Below, in pieces: positions 20,462-29,719 of a DNA stretch of 64,000 nt. Both the position numbers and the translations under genes were made by a program. Position 1 is the first letter of the stretch, and each line of letters opens with the position of its first letter. The DNA is from Candidatus Melainabacteria bacterium 17Bon1m. GTDB taxonomy: Bacteria > Cyanobacteriota > Vampirovibrionia > Obscuribacterales > Obscuribacteraceae. The stretch spans positions 1 through 64,000 of the forward strand of contig JAVLKG010000012.1 in NCBI GenBank assembly GCA_032128875.1, given 5' to 3'. The notes beneath the pieces were generated by a model. It was not told where the DNA came from and made no database searches. It saw nothing but the letters and a program-made list of their open reading frames with translations.

Positions 20462-22627
20462 TTAATGAACCTTCGTGTGATCCGACCAGAGACCCATCTC
20501 AGCTCCCTTGCGAAAGAGAGCTTTTGTCTGAGGAGACATTTGTGGGTCCAGCTCGGTCAAACGCCGGTAGAGACCGCTCACGCTGGACGTGAGTTTTTTT
20601 GTCTCCAGTTGGGCATTCATCAATTTCCCGGTGTTACGAGCGATCATCGGATGTTTGCCAAAGACGCTCCCACCGTTGTGCTCGAGGTCGAACGCATGAT
20701 CCGCGAAGACTGTTGCGTTGACCTGCCCTTTGAGATAGCCTTCGGCAGAGCGCGCGATGACCGCCCACTTCTTTCCACCAACGCCGCCGACTCCCACGTT
20801 TCCCCAGGCTTTCGCCTCGAAGACTGTGGCGATCAAATGCAAAAAACGTACATGCTTGTCGTGAGGCATCTCCTTCAATCGTTGGATGGAACGGCGACGG
20901 TGGCTGTCATACTCTTGCCGCAGAATGTCCAGCTCGTTACGGCACTCTGGTTGCAACTTTGCCAGATTGTGATTGCTAAAGCAGTATCCTGCTTCGCCGA
21001 TTACGGCGCAGATGAGATACATAGCCAATCTGTCTGCCGTGGCTTTGTGCACATCAGCCTTGAGCTGAGCAGCTTCGCTCTCCAATTTCGTTGCTGAGGA
21101 CGCTTTTGCCATCGTGTCGACCAGGTAGAAATCGTTGAGGAGCAACGATGCCGTAACGCGCTCGCTGAGCATCTCGAAGCGCAGTGCCGGCTGCTCGCCA
21201 GTGCTCTCAGCTTGCCACCACTTCAGAAAGAGGTTGACCTCTTTCTTGTCGAGTGCGCCCGTCTTTGTGAGCTCACCATCGATGATCAGCCCACTGCGCC
21301 CATCAACCGATACCACCTGCCCTTCTTGGACGTTAAGTGACCGGCATCCGACTACCGCAGGCTTGCCGAGACTTCGCGCAACTACTGCTGCGTGGCTGGT
21401 CGCTCCACCTGTGGCGGTGATAATTGCAGCGGCTGCAAGCATGCCGTTCAGGTCGTCCGGAGAAGTCTCAGGACGCGCCAGAATGACCTTTTCTCCGAGC
21501 TTTGCCGCCGCAACTGCTTGCGCTGAGGTGACCACGACTCGCCCGACTGCCGCACCAGGAGATGCTGCCAGTCCGCTCGCCAACACCTTTCCTTCCTCGT
21601 CTGCTTGAGCAAGCACCTCGTCGGAAAACCCCGTCTCGCTCAACGCCTTCAGCTGATTGGCGCTGACGCGAGCGAGGGCCTCCTTCTTGGTCCAGCGCTT
21701 TTCCCAAACGAAGTTGGTTGCGATGGTAGCTGCCGCCTCAGGTGTGCGTTTTGCATTGCGCACCTGGAGGATGTGCAGTTTGCCGGATTCGACCGTAAAC
21801 TCAATATCCACTACGTCATTGCGGTGTGTTTCGAGCTTTCGAGCGATTGTCTCCAGCTGCCTATACACGTCGACATTCCACGCTTTCAGTGCCTCGATTG
21901 GCAAGGGCGTGCGCGAGCCATCGACAATGTCTTCGCCTTGAGCGTTGACCAGAAATTCGCCGAAAAGGCGATTCTCGCCGGTCGCAACATCACGGCTGAA
22001 GACGACTCCGGTGCCGGAGCGTTTGTCGAGATTGCCGTATACCATCGCTTGAATGGTCACCGCCGTGCCCAACCCGTTCGAGATGCTGCATGCCCTGCGA
22101 TATGCGACAGCACGGGGTGTATTCCACGACTCGAGGACTGCCGTTACGGCGAGTTCGAGTTGCAGCCACGGATCCTCAGGCACATCGCTTTTGACCACGT
22201 CGCGGAACATCGACAGAAAGCGTCGATAACAATCTTCAGCGAAGTGCGAACCCTGACGAGAAGCCAGCCCTTCTACAATCTCACGGTTGAGACCGAGATT
22301 GAGAATCGTATCCATCATACCGGGCATAGAAACTTCGGCTCCGGAGCGAACCGAGACGAGGAGCGGATCTTCTGCAGAGCCGAACCGCTTACCAGTCGCC
22401 TGTTCGAGCTGCTGCATCTCACGACGGAGCTGCTGGCTGAGCCTCTTGGGGACACAGCCGTGCTGCGCGAAGGCGCGAGCTACAGAGGTGGTGATGGTGA
22501 AACCGGCCGGAACCGGAAGTCCCAGTTGAGCAAGTTCGCTCAGTCCGAAACCTTTGCCACCACGTGCGGTGATTGTAGCAGCGCCCTTATCCTCGAAGAG
22601 GAAGGCCAGTTGCCTGCTGCGTCCCAT
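20462..22627 (-). CDS. PPDK-like protein: ATP-grasp plus phospho-His domain plus unrecognised C-terminal domain
   Basis: GGKG, LPVPAGFTITT, LLVSVRSGA, SMPGMMDTILNLG, NAQGEDIVDG, DIEFTVE, LQVR, GGATSHAAVVAR; no PEP/pyruvate barrel motifs. Confidence 0.9.
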   Translation of the reverse strand: MGRSRQLAFLFEDKGAATITARGGKGFGLSELAQLGLPVPAGFTITTSVARAFAQHGCVPKRLSQQLRREMQQLEQATGKRFGSAEDPLLVSVRSGAEVSMPGMMDTILNLGLNREIVEGLASRQGSHFAEDCYRRFLSMFRDVVKSDVPEDPWLQLELAVTAVLESWNTPRAVAYRRACSISNGLGTAVTIQAMVYGNLDKRSGTGVVFSRDVATGENRLFGEFLVNAQGEDIVDGSRTPLPIEALKAWNVDVYRQLETIARKLETHRNDVVDIEFTVESGKLHILQVRNAKRTPEAAATIATNFVWEKRWTKKEALARVSANQLKALSETGFSDEVLAQADEEGKVLASGLAASPGAAVGRVVVTSAQAVAAAKLGEKVILARPETSPDDLNGMLAAAAIITATGGATSHAAVVARSLGKPAVVGCRSLNVQEGQVVSVDGRSGLIIDGELTKTGALDKKEVNLFLKWWQAESTGEQPALRFEMLSERVTASLLLNDFYLVDTMAKASSATKLESEAAQLKADVHKATADRLAMYLICAVIGEAGYCFSNHNLAKLQPECRNELDILRQEYDSHRRRSIQRLKEMPHDKHVRFLHLIATVFEAKAWGNVGVGGVGGKKWAVIARSAEGYLKGQVNATVFADHAFDLEHNGGSVFGKHPMIARNTGKLMNAQLETKKLTSSVSGLYRRLTELDPQMSPQTKALFRKGAEMGLWSDHTKVH

Positions 22628-22736
22628 GGTTTTCCCCTTCCAGGATGAATTGTTTTCTTCTTTGTCGGCGCTGTCGGCGGAACACGGACTGGAGCCGTTT
22701 CGCTCAGGTCATTCCACTTCGTTCACCTCAGGTCAG

Positions 22737-23588
22737 CTACGGAATCGCAATGCGGTGATACTCCTCCGCGATGCCATCATGACCCCAGCGCTTTGCGGCG
22801 CGGAGCGCTCGTGCTGTGGCTTTCAGCTGGATGTCCGCTCCGTTCCACTGACTCTCGTGCGCGTGCAGCGCATTGCAAACCTTCCCCCAGTGGTTGTCGA
22901 CCTCCAGGAAGCAGTTTGCCTTGTATGGCTCGACGAGGTCATCGCCGAACCAAAGCACTTCTCGCACCTGATGTCCTGGGAGCGGTTCTCTCCAGAACTT
23001 CCACCAGGGGACTTTCTCTTCCTGCCGCGCCTCCGGGTAAATCGCATCCCAGAGAGCAAGCGCGCCATATCGGTGATCTGGGTGTTCCGGACCGAAGGTG
23101 GTGGAGGTGAGCAAGCCCGGACTGAAGGAAACGACGGCATATGGGCGCAGCATCCGAAGCATGGTCGCCATCTCCTTCTGCAAACGTCCACTGCGGTATG
23201 CCTGTGCAAGCCCGTTGTCCTTCCAGCGCCGAAAGACCACGTGCGATACCCCAACAGCGCATGCCGCCATCCACTGCTCTTGCTCACGTACTCGAGCGTT
23301 ACCGTTCTTCTCGCCGCTTGTAACGACGACATAAACTACCTCGACACCGGCAGCGGTGAGCGAGGCAGCCAGACCGGCGGCATGGAAGTCGAGGTCGTCA
23401 GGGTGAAACCCCACGAAGACGACGCAGCCCTGCCCAACGTAGTCCTTGGGGTCGAGCTTTCCCGGATGTTCTCGCGTCGATGCGTTGTCGGCGCGCTCTT
23501 CCTTGTGTTCTTCGCCGCCTACCTCGACTTTTTTCACGACAGACAGGTGCCGGCGGTCTCTCCGCGCCGACTTGTCGCTATCATTCAT
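22737..23588 (-). CDS. PIG-L/LmbE-family deacetylase
   Basis: FHPDD, VTSGE, RVREQ, HPDH, AHESQ. Confidence 0.9.
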   Translation of the reverse strand: MNDSDKSARRDRRHLSVVKKVEVGGEEHKEERADNASTREHPGKLDPKDYVGQGCVVFVGFHPDDLDFHAAGLAASLTAAGVEVVYVVVTSGEKNGNARVREQEQWMAACAVGVSHVVFRRWKDNGLAQAYRSGRLQKEMATMLRMLRPYAVVSFSPGLLTSTTFGPEHPDHRYGALALWDAIYPEARQEEKVPWWKFWREPLPGHQVREVLWFGDDLVEPYKANCFLEVDNHWGKVCNALHAHESQWNGADIQLKATARALRAAKRWGHDGIAEEYHRIAIP

Positions 23589-23596
23589 TAGAGTTC

Positions 23597-24493
23597 CTAA
23601 CTCTCTGTAGATTCGGGCTTGGCATAATTCTGGCGGGTAATGCCGGTTTCGAGCGACGAGAAAAACTCCCTCACCGCCAGATACCAGTCATCCCGCGCCT
23701 GCACTCCTAGATGCGTCGCACCTGGAAGTACAACCAGTCTAGTATCGGGTCCCGCGACTTCGAAGAGCTTATCGGCATGCTTCTTATCCACGACTCTGTC
23801 GTGGTCACCATGCAGAATCAGCAAGGGCGGGTGCTTTTCCCTGATGCTATCGGCAGTAGAGAGTTGCAACTTGGGAAACATGCAGCCAGGGTAGACTCGC
23901 AGCGGTGGAATCATGTCCTTGATTTGGACTTCCAACGACGAGAACCCGGACTGCAGAATGAGTCCAGAAGCCTTTCTCTTGGACGATACATAGGCAGCAA
24001 CCGAAGCCCCAAGACTCTCTCCGTAGAGAACTATCTGGTCTGCGGAATAGCCGAGTGCGATGACAGCATCATAGGCTGCAAGCCCATCTTCGAGTAATGA
24101 ATCTACCGTTGCGCGTCCATTTGCCTCACCGAAGCCTCTGTAATCGAAGATGAATACAGAAACTCCTGCCCGCAGCAGTGCTTTTGCACGAATCATGTTT
24201 TTGGCATGATTGCTTCGTCGCCCGCCGAAATACACGACCAGCTTGTGACTGTCACGACGTGTGCAGAGGTGTCCATACAGTGTTGATACTCCGGCGGAGG
24301 CGAATGAGACTGGCTGTACGTGTACGTCTGCCGTATCGACACTCGTGTCCAAATTTGTGCTTCTGCAACGTGGCATGAGAATGGACGTGTAAATGTAATG
24401 CGCTACCCGTGGCGACAAGCCCAACCAGAGGAGGGCCGCGGTGAGAATAGCCGCGCAAGTAGCTCGTAAGTGAGCAGACATAATCTCATCCAC
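23597..24493 (-). CDS. Alpha/beta hydrolase with N-terminal anchor (ABHD13/BEM46-like)
   Basis: FDYRGFG, YGESLGA, LHGDHDRVV, GATH. Confidence 0.9.
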   Translation of the reverse strand: MDEIMSAHLRATCAAILTAALLWLGLSPRVAHYIYTSILMPRCRSTNLDTSVDTADVHVQPVSFASAGVSTLYGHLCTRRDSHKLVVYFGGRRSNHAKNMIRAKALLRAGVSVFIFDYRGFGEANGRATVDSLLEDGLAAYDAVIALGYSADQIVLYGESLGASVAAYVSSKRKASGLILQSGFSSLEVQIKDMIPPLRVYPGCMFPKLQLSTADSIREKHPPLLILHGDHDRVVDKKHADKLFEVAGPDTRLVVLPGATHLGVQARDDWYLAVREFFSSLETGITRQNYAKPESTES

Positions 24494-24596
24494 TCCTTCC
24501 TATGTGATCCGATTTGATTTGGTCTCTGTTGGGCTTGACTCGCTTAAATCAAGCTGGTTTGCTCAAACTCTCCTTCGTCGTATGGAAGAAAACCCG

Positions 24597-24932
24597 TCAG
24601 CAAATCTGTCGGAATTCTTCTCCCTTGAGGATGGCGATCATGTTTTCCATGCCATCGAACTCCACGCGATCGACCACACCGCTGAGGGGCATGCCCGGCA
24701 GGAGTCGCTCGAACACGTCGTCTGCGATCTCGTAGACGCTCATCCGTGCTTGCGCCCCTTTGAGTAACCGCAGGACAATCATTCCTTGAGGGCGGTCCGT
24801 GTGCAGGTAGATGCCGGTGACGGTGCGGCCGGGCTGAAGGTCGGCTGGGATTTCTCGTTTGGCGCCTGTGTGGGTGGTGAACGTGTTGGAGTCGGTCGTG
24901 TTGGCAGCCTTTGGGGTTGTGTGCGTGCTCAT
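24597..24932 (-). CDS. Hypothetical protein, possibly OB/S1-like
   Basis: GAAAGG RBS; beta-rich pattern (PGRTVTG, LSGVVDRV). Confidence 0.6.
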   Translation of the reverse strand: MSTHTTPKAANTTDSNTFTTHTGAKREIPADLQPGRTVTGIYLHTDRPQGMIVLRLLKGAQARMSVYEIADDVFERLLPGMPLSGVVDRVEFDGMENMIAILKGEEFRQIC

Positions 24933-25028
24933 GGGCGAACCTTTCTGTAGTTTGTGTTCTTGCTTGTATAGCTATTTTTATTGGCTCGAAGAGTAATCTG
25001 GTGAAGAGTACTTTGGCGAGCGGTTAGG

Positions 25029-25454
25029 TCAGGACTTCCAGTTCTTTCCTTCCTGGGTAACCACGTGGCTGAGGTAGTCGTTGCCGTCACTCCAGAGAGC
25101 GTGCTCGAAGGACATCTGGTACCGCTTCATGTCGCGCAGCTCACGACGCTTTTTCCCGAAGGCTGGCAAAAAGAACCAGGTCAGTTCGTTGCGCGATTGA
25201 CTGCGTGGCTTGGCGGACTTGGAGCTCTCGCTGCGTTCAGCGAGGTCTGCTTCTGCGATGCCTCGTTGCCGTAGCTTCGCTAACAGCTCCTCCGAAACGA
25301 CCCCTTCGAACTCGGAGTAGCACTTCGCGCAGCGGTAGTAGAAGTGCGTATGGTTGCCGCGTTTGTGAAGTCGAAACCACTTCGGTTTCTTCTTCGCGGG
25401 GCGGTTGCACTTCGGGCATGCCAACTTCTCTGCAAACTCCTCATTCAGATCCAT
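25029..25454 (-). CDS. Zinc-ribbon protein
   Basis: CPKC...CAKC; GAAAGG RBS. Confidence 0.7.
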   Translation of the reverse strand: MDLNEEFAEKLACPKCNRPAKKKPKWFRLHKRGNHTHFYYRCAKCYSEFEGVVSEELLAKLRQRGIAEADLAERSESSKSAKPRSQSRNELTWFFLPAFGKKRRELRDMKRYQMSFEHALWSDGNDYLSHVVTQEGKNWKS

Positions 25455-26237
25455 TTACCAGCTTCCTTTCGTCGAGCGTAGGTGTTATTGCGTGATGAGA
25501 ATCAGCCGGAATACGAGCGGATACACAGCATGAATAGTGCTGTGGGAAATTGTTCGAATGGCTGAGATTGGTTTGTTGGAGGGTTTGGTCGTGTGTGTGT
25601 TGATTTGGAAAAACAAGTTGTAATTATTGGTATCAAAGATGATGGCAGAGGGGCAAGTTTTTTCTCTCGTAGATTCGCCTGACTTCGGCAAGCGCAATTG
25701 TGCATGCATTAAACGATAACGAATGTTCTGCGCCTGTTTTCGGGCTATTCAGCCGGTACACCCAAAAAGAAAATCAAATTCTTTTTTGCGCCTTGTGGTG
25801 ATTAAAACTCAGCAAAAGTGTCTTGGCAACGTTCGCGCGAAGAGTTCGTTTTGTTTGAAATGTTTTGAGCTGGTGCGTTCAAAACAGCATGCCAGGCACG
25901 ACTCGCATCAGTGTGCTTTCTCTTTCTGCTTCTCGCAGTCCGGCGATTTGTTGCTGGCTCGCATTTTTCTATGATGTCGCGCGCATATAGCTGTTTGGTC
26001 ACAACAAGCAAGCCAGCAATCATTTGTGCGTGCTTGAGACTTGGCACGGATAGATGCCTGCTTTGTTTTGCCTTGTACTTAGCTTGTACTTCGCCTTCAG
26101 CGCGCTGAGTAAACCGGCATATTCTCGATCTGGCTCGCTCTTTCTGCCGTACCAGATGTCTTTAGCGCTTATGCAAAACACAATGCAAGCGTCGTTGGAC
26201 ACTTGCATTGTTGGCGCTACAGGTTTGTCGGTTAACT

Positions 26238-26528
26238 TTAGAAGAATGTATTCTGGATGCTCATACGTGGCAGTTTATTGATCGTCGATTGGGATTCGTG
26301 TGCGCTTTGCGCCAGTGGGTTTGAAGTCATTCTGGTACCTTCGCACCTGGAGTTGTTTGCAATTGAAAAGTCCTGTGGCACATATCGCGTGCTGCTTTCA
26401 GAAGGTGCCGCAACTCTGGATAGTATTGAGTTGAACGACTGCTCTCTCATATCGATGCCAAAGTCGGCTTCTTGAGCGTTGTCTGCAATGCTCGCAGGGA
26501 AATCTGACGAAAACCCATTCTTAGCCAT
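26238..26528 (-). CDS. Hypothetical protein
   Basis: AGGT RBS before MAKNGF; preceded by the conserved motif. Confidence 0.45.
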   Translation of the reverse strand: MAKNGFSSDFPASIADNAQEADFGIDMREQSFNSILSRVAAPSESSTRYVPQDFSIANNSRCEGTRMTSNPLAQSAHESQSTINKLPRMSIQNTFF

Positions 26529-26609
26529 TTTATACCTGCTTTTTAGTAATCGTGAATCACAAAGTTGGCTTATCGCCACAGTGACTTTATGATTTTGCAG
26601 GTGAATAAG

Positions 26610-26638
26610 ACCGGACAGATTTGTGAATTTTTTGGTTA
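26610..26638 (-). promoter_or_regulatory. Conserved 29-bp upstream motif, copy 3
   Basis: TAACCAAA-AAA-TTCACAAA-TCT-GTCCGGT. Confidence 0.5.
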
Positions 26639-29344
26639 TGGTTTTGGCTGGTTTTCGTGAAGACAATGAATGACTGCAGGCGCCCCTATGAGGCCTCCTA
26701 AAAGGCTTATAGGAAGACGGTAGCGGGGTGCAAGAAGACCTAATCCGCTCAATCCGCTTGTTATACCAATATCTCGCCTGACGGTAGGTAATGCGCCGCT
26801 CGCAGGGTCTCTAATTAATGCGTTGATGTCGTTTATCTGATCGATGTATCCTCGCGTGATCGGATTTCTGCCTAGCAGCTCATTCATCAACTGTTTTTCG
26901 TTTCCAATTTTGACATTACCGTTGATGTCTACCTGCATTCCGATATTTACCGTCGATGGCGCGAGCATCAACCACCGAAGCGGCGCTGGTACTGGATTGT
27001 CCAAATTGAAGTTGTAGGTGTGACGCCCATTGCTATCTTCTTTGTCTGTCAGGCTGTGCAGATTTGATCTCCTATCTAGCCCTAAAGCTTGAATGTTGAG
27101 TGAAACTCCTTCAATTTCGCTGAGTTTTGGATTGCCTTTCTCACTGTCGAGATCGAATTTGACATTGTTCAGGTTTAGAGATTCGATAGTTCCGATACCA
27201 AGATTCTTGTTGATTGGTAAAATGCTTGGTTGTGACGTTTTCAGCCTTATCTGATTTCCAGTCTTCGATAACTCGGTAGTATTATCGATTAAATCAGTTA
27301 CTGGATTTTGAAGTTTGCTCCCCAGTTTATCTTCTGCATTTTTTAGCATTTTGGAAGGGTAAATTGCACCATTTGGAAGCGACGCCGCATGCGCGTAAAG
27401 TTTCGCGACGTCCTCAGCAATGCCGTCTGCACCGCGCTTTTGAATGTTATCCAAAACCCTTTGAAGAGGGTTTGTTCTATTGTCCAATAGTTCTGTCGGA
27501 TCATTGGATGGTGCTACATTGCCGCTCGACTTGGGATGCTCTTTGAGAAAGTCCCAGATTTTGTCATATACATCAAACTTTTCGTCTGGCGTGTGTCCAC
27601 TGTTTTCTAAAGTGATTTCCTTTACGGCTGTACCGTTGCTGGTGTTTCTATAGAGCTTCTCGGTGACATCACCTTCTTGTTTTATTGTGCCGTTTTCAGT
27701 GATGCCATTTTGTCTTTTCCAAAAGTCGGTCGCGAACTGAGGTGTATTGAAAGTCGGGATGCCTAGCTCAGATAAAATTGGTGGCACGCCGTGCAGCCCC
27801 TTGATGGGTATCACTTCGTCATCTGTGCCATGTGTGCTTATTACAGATACTGGGAATTTGGGCTTTGGCTCCTTGCCGCTCATCGCAGAGCTTACAATGC
27901 CAACTGCAGCTAGTTTGTCAGACATCTCGCTGGCAGCCAGGTAAGTCATCATTCCACCACTTGAATGACCGATCATGTAAATGCGTTTTTGATCAACTTC
28001 AAGTTGCGACTGGCTGCGGTCGATTACGTCGCGGAGAAACTTGAGATCATTGGCGCGGGCCCCAGGGGGTACCAAACCATTTGCAGCGTCCCAAGCGCTT
28101 AAGTCTTTTCTGCCCAACCACTTCGTTGCATCCGGGTAGACTACTGCAAATCCTTCCTTGTCAGCTCTTTCGTTCATGTGGGTGCGCTGCGCGAATTCTT
28201 TGCCGTCGCCCCCACGTCCATGAAGCATCACCAGCAACGGAATTGGTTTTGACCCGTCGTATCCAGGTGGAACATGCAACGTATAGTGACGATCTTTGCC
28301 ATCTACAGCGATTGTTTGTTCGTAGTCGCCCGGCGTTTTTATCTTCTCGAGATTTGCATTATTAGCAGTATTGTCCGAGCTTGCCTTATCGCTGTTCTTC
28401 GTGGAGTCAGCAGGCAGAACCGATTGATTTTCGATGCGATTGTTGCTTGCGGAGGGAGGTGAAGAATCTGTTTGAGAATGGCTTGTCGTTTGGCTTGTCG
28501 CTTGCTTCTTCACCTCTTCGAACATCGGTTTGATAACGTCATGAATCCATTTTGGATTTTCTTCTGCAAATTTTGAAACGTCTCCTAGGTCATTAAACGC
28601 ATCAGAGAAGAGCAATCCTGGCAACGTATCGCCTGCACTCTCGGCCGCGGCGTGGAAAATACTGCTTGGTTGAGGAAGAGATAGTCCGTTCTTGTTCGAT
28701 TCTATGGGGACGGCGATGCTCGCCGGCATCGATAAAATGTCTCTGGCGGCGTCAGGCAATGGATTCTCGATGTGGGCAATGAGAGCCGGCTGATCGTTTT
28801 TTCCCGACGCAATATCTATTTGCGTCATTCGAATCGTTTTGTCGGATCCAAAAGCTGAAACTGTCAAAGACAGTCCTTCTAACCCGCTGATGCTCTTGCC
28901 GTCTGCTGTTATGTCAAAGGCGATGTTTTTTGCTACATTCAAACTGTCAGCCGATGCGTTTCCTTCAAGGATATCTCGCTCGATTGGAATTTCGCTATTC
29001 TCTCGCCGTTCAATATCAAAGTGATTTCCTGTGCGCACAACACTCACAGAGTTCTGAAGCAACGGCTCCAGCGTACCGAATGTATTGCTTCCTTTAGCTG
29101 CATCTATCAAAGCTTTCGCGTCAACCTTCTGGTTTTCCGGTAGAGCTTTCAGATACTGAGCTAGCTGCGTGAAGGGGCTAGCTTGGATGTCTTGCTTTGG
29201 ACTTTGACTCTGTTTGTAGTCCTTCATCACCTCTACAAAGCTAAGTGATTCCGGAGGTTTGTCCAGCGTTGCGAATTCTGCGACGCGTGGAGCCAAGCGG
29301 TCTGCAAGGGCGAAATCGGTAAACGAAGAGGTTGTGTTGCTCAT
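26636..29344 (-). CDS. LpqC/PHB-depolymerase-like esterase flanked by a duplicated unknown domain
   Basis: LHVPPGYD, MLHGRGG, GFAVVYPD, GHSSGG, HGTDD, SGH. Confidence 0.85.
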   Translation of the reverse strand: MSNTTSSFTDFALADRLAPRVAEFATLDKPPESLSFVEVMKDYKQSQSPKQDIQASPFTQLAQYLKALPENQKVDAKALIDAAKGSNTFGTLEPLLQNSVSVVRTGNHFDIERRENSEIPIERDILEGNASADSLNVAKNIAFDITADGKSISGLEGLSLTVSAFGSDKTIRMTQIDIASGKNDQPALIAHIENPLPDAARDILSMPASIAVPIESNKNGLSLPQPSSIFHAAAESAGDTLPGLLFSDAFNDLGDVSKFAEENPKWIHDVIKPMFEEVKKQATSQTTSHSQTDSSPPSASNNRIENQSVLPADSTKNSDKASSDNTANNANLEKIKTPGDYEQTIAVDGKDRHYTLHVPPGYDGSKPIPLLVMLHGRGGDGKEFAQRTHMNERADKEGFAVVYPDATKWLGRKDLSAWDAANGLVPPGARANDLKFLRDVIDRSQSQLEVDQKRIYMIGHSSGGMMTYLAASEMSDKLAAVGIVSSAMSGKEPKPKFPVSVISTHGTDDEVIPIKGLHGVPPILSELGIPTFNTPQFATDFWKRQNGITENGTIKQEGDVTEKLYRNTSNGTAVKEITLENSGHTPDEKFDVYDKIWDFLKEHPKSSGNVAPSNDPTELLDNRTNPLQRVLDNIQKRGADGIAEDVAKLYAHAASLPNGAIYPSKMLKNAEDKLGSKLQNPVTDLIDNTTELSKTGNQIRLKTSQPSILPINKNLGIGTIESLNLNNVKFDLDSEKGNPKLSEIEGVSLNIQALGLDRRSNLHSLTDKEDSNGRHTYNFNLDNPVPAPLRWLMLAPSTVNIGMQVDINGNVKIGNEKQLMNELLGRNPITRGYIDQINDINALIRDPASGALPTVRRDIGITSGLSGLGLLAPRYRLPISLLGGLIGAPAVIHCLHENQPKP

Positions 29345-29386
29345 GGGAAATCCTCAAGCAAACTATATTTAGATCACCTTCAATTA

Positions 29387-29415
29387 TCTGGAATTGTTTG
29401 TGTAAATTTTGTGCA
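29387..29415 (-). promoter_or_regulatory. Conserved 29-bp upstream motif, copy 4
   Basis: TGCACAAA-ATT-TACACAAA-CAA-TTCCAGA. Confidence 0.65.
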
Positions 29416-29544
29416 TGCCGCACTGCACCGCAAACGAATCCATATAAGGTGCGTGTCTGATGCGTGCGAGGCGACGAATCCAACCGCCGGAGCGAACCCC
29501 TGAATCAAAGCCCCGAATCCAACTACCGAATAGTTATTTTGTCT

Positions 29545-29573
29545 TACACAGAAAATGCACAAAAAATTCCAGA
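29545..29573 (+). promoter_or_regulatory. Conserved 29-bp upstream motif, copy 5
   Basis: TACACAGA-AAA-TGCACAAA-AAA-TTCCAGA. Confidence 0.65.
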
Positions 29574-29719
29574 TTTGTACCTGCATTTTCCCTAGGATAA
29601 CGGCATTGGTAGTTGCGCCTAAGCCGAACCAAATGAAATCTAAAGTGTGAAGGGGATGATACACCAAGGGGCGGTTTCGACCGCCCTATCGGTGCATTTG
29701 CGAGTGGCTTTTCTTTGAC

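Noticed and set aside
20462-22627. Canonical ppdK or rifampin phosphotransferase
   Set aside because: The pyruvate-binding barrel is missing, and the His domain is central rather than C-terminal as in RPH.
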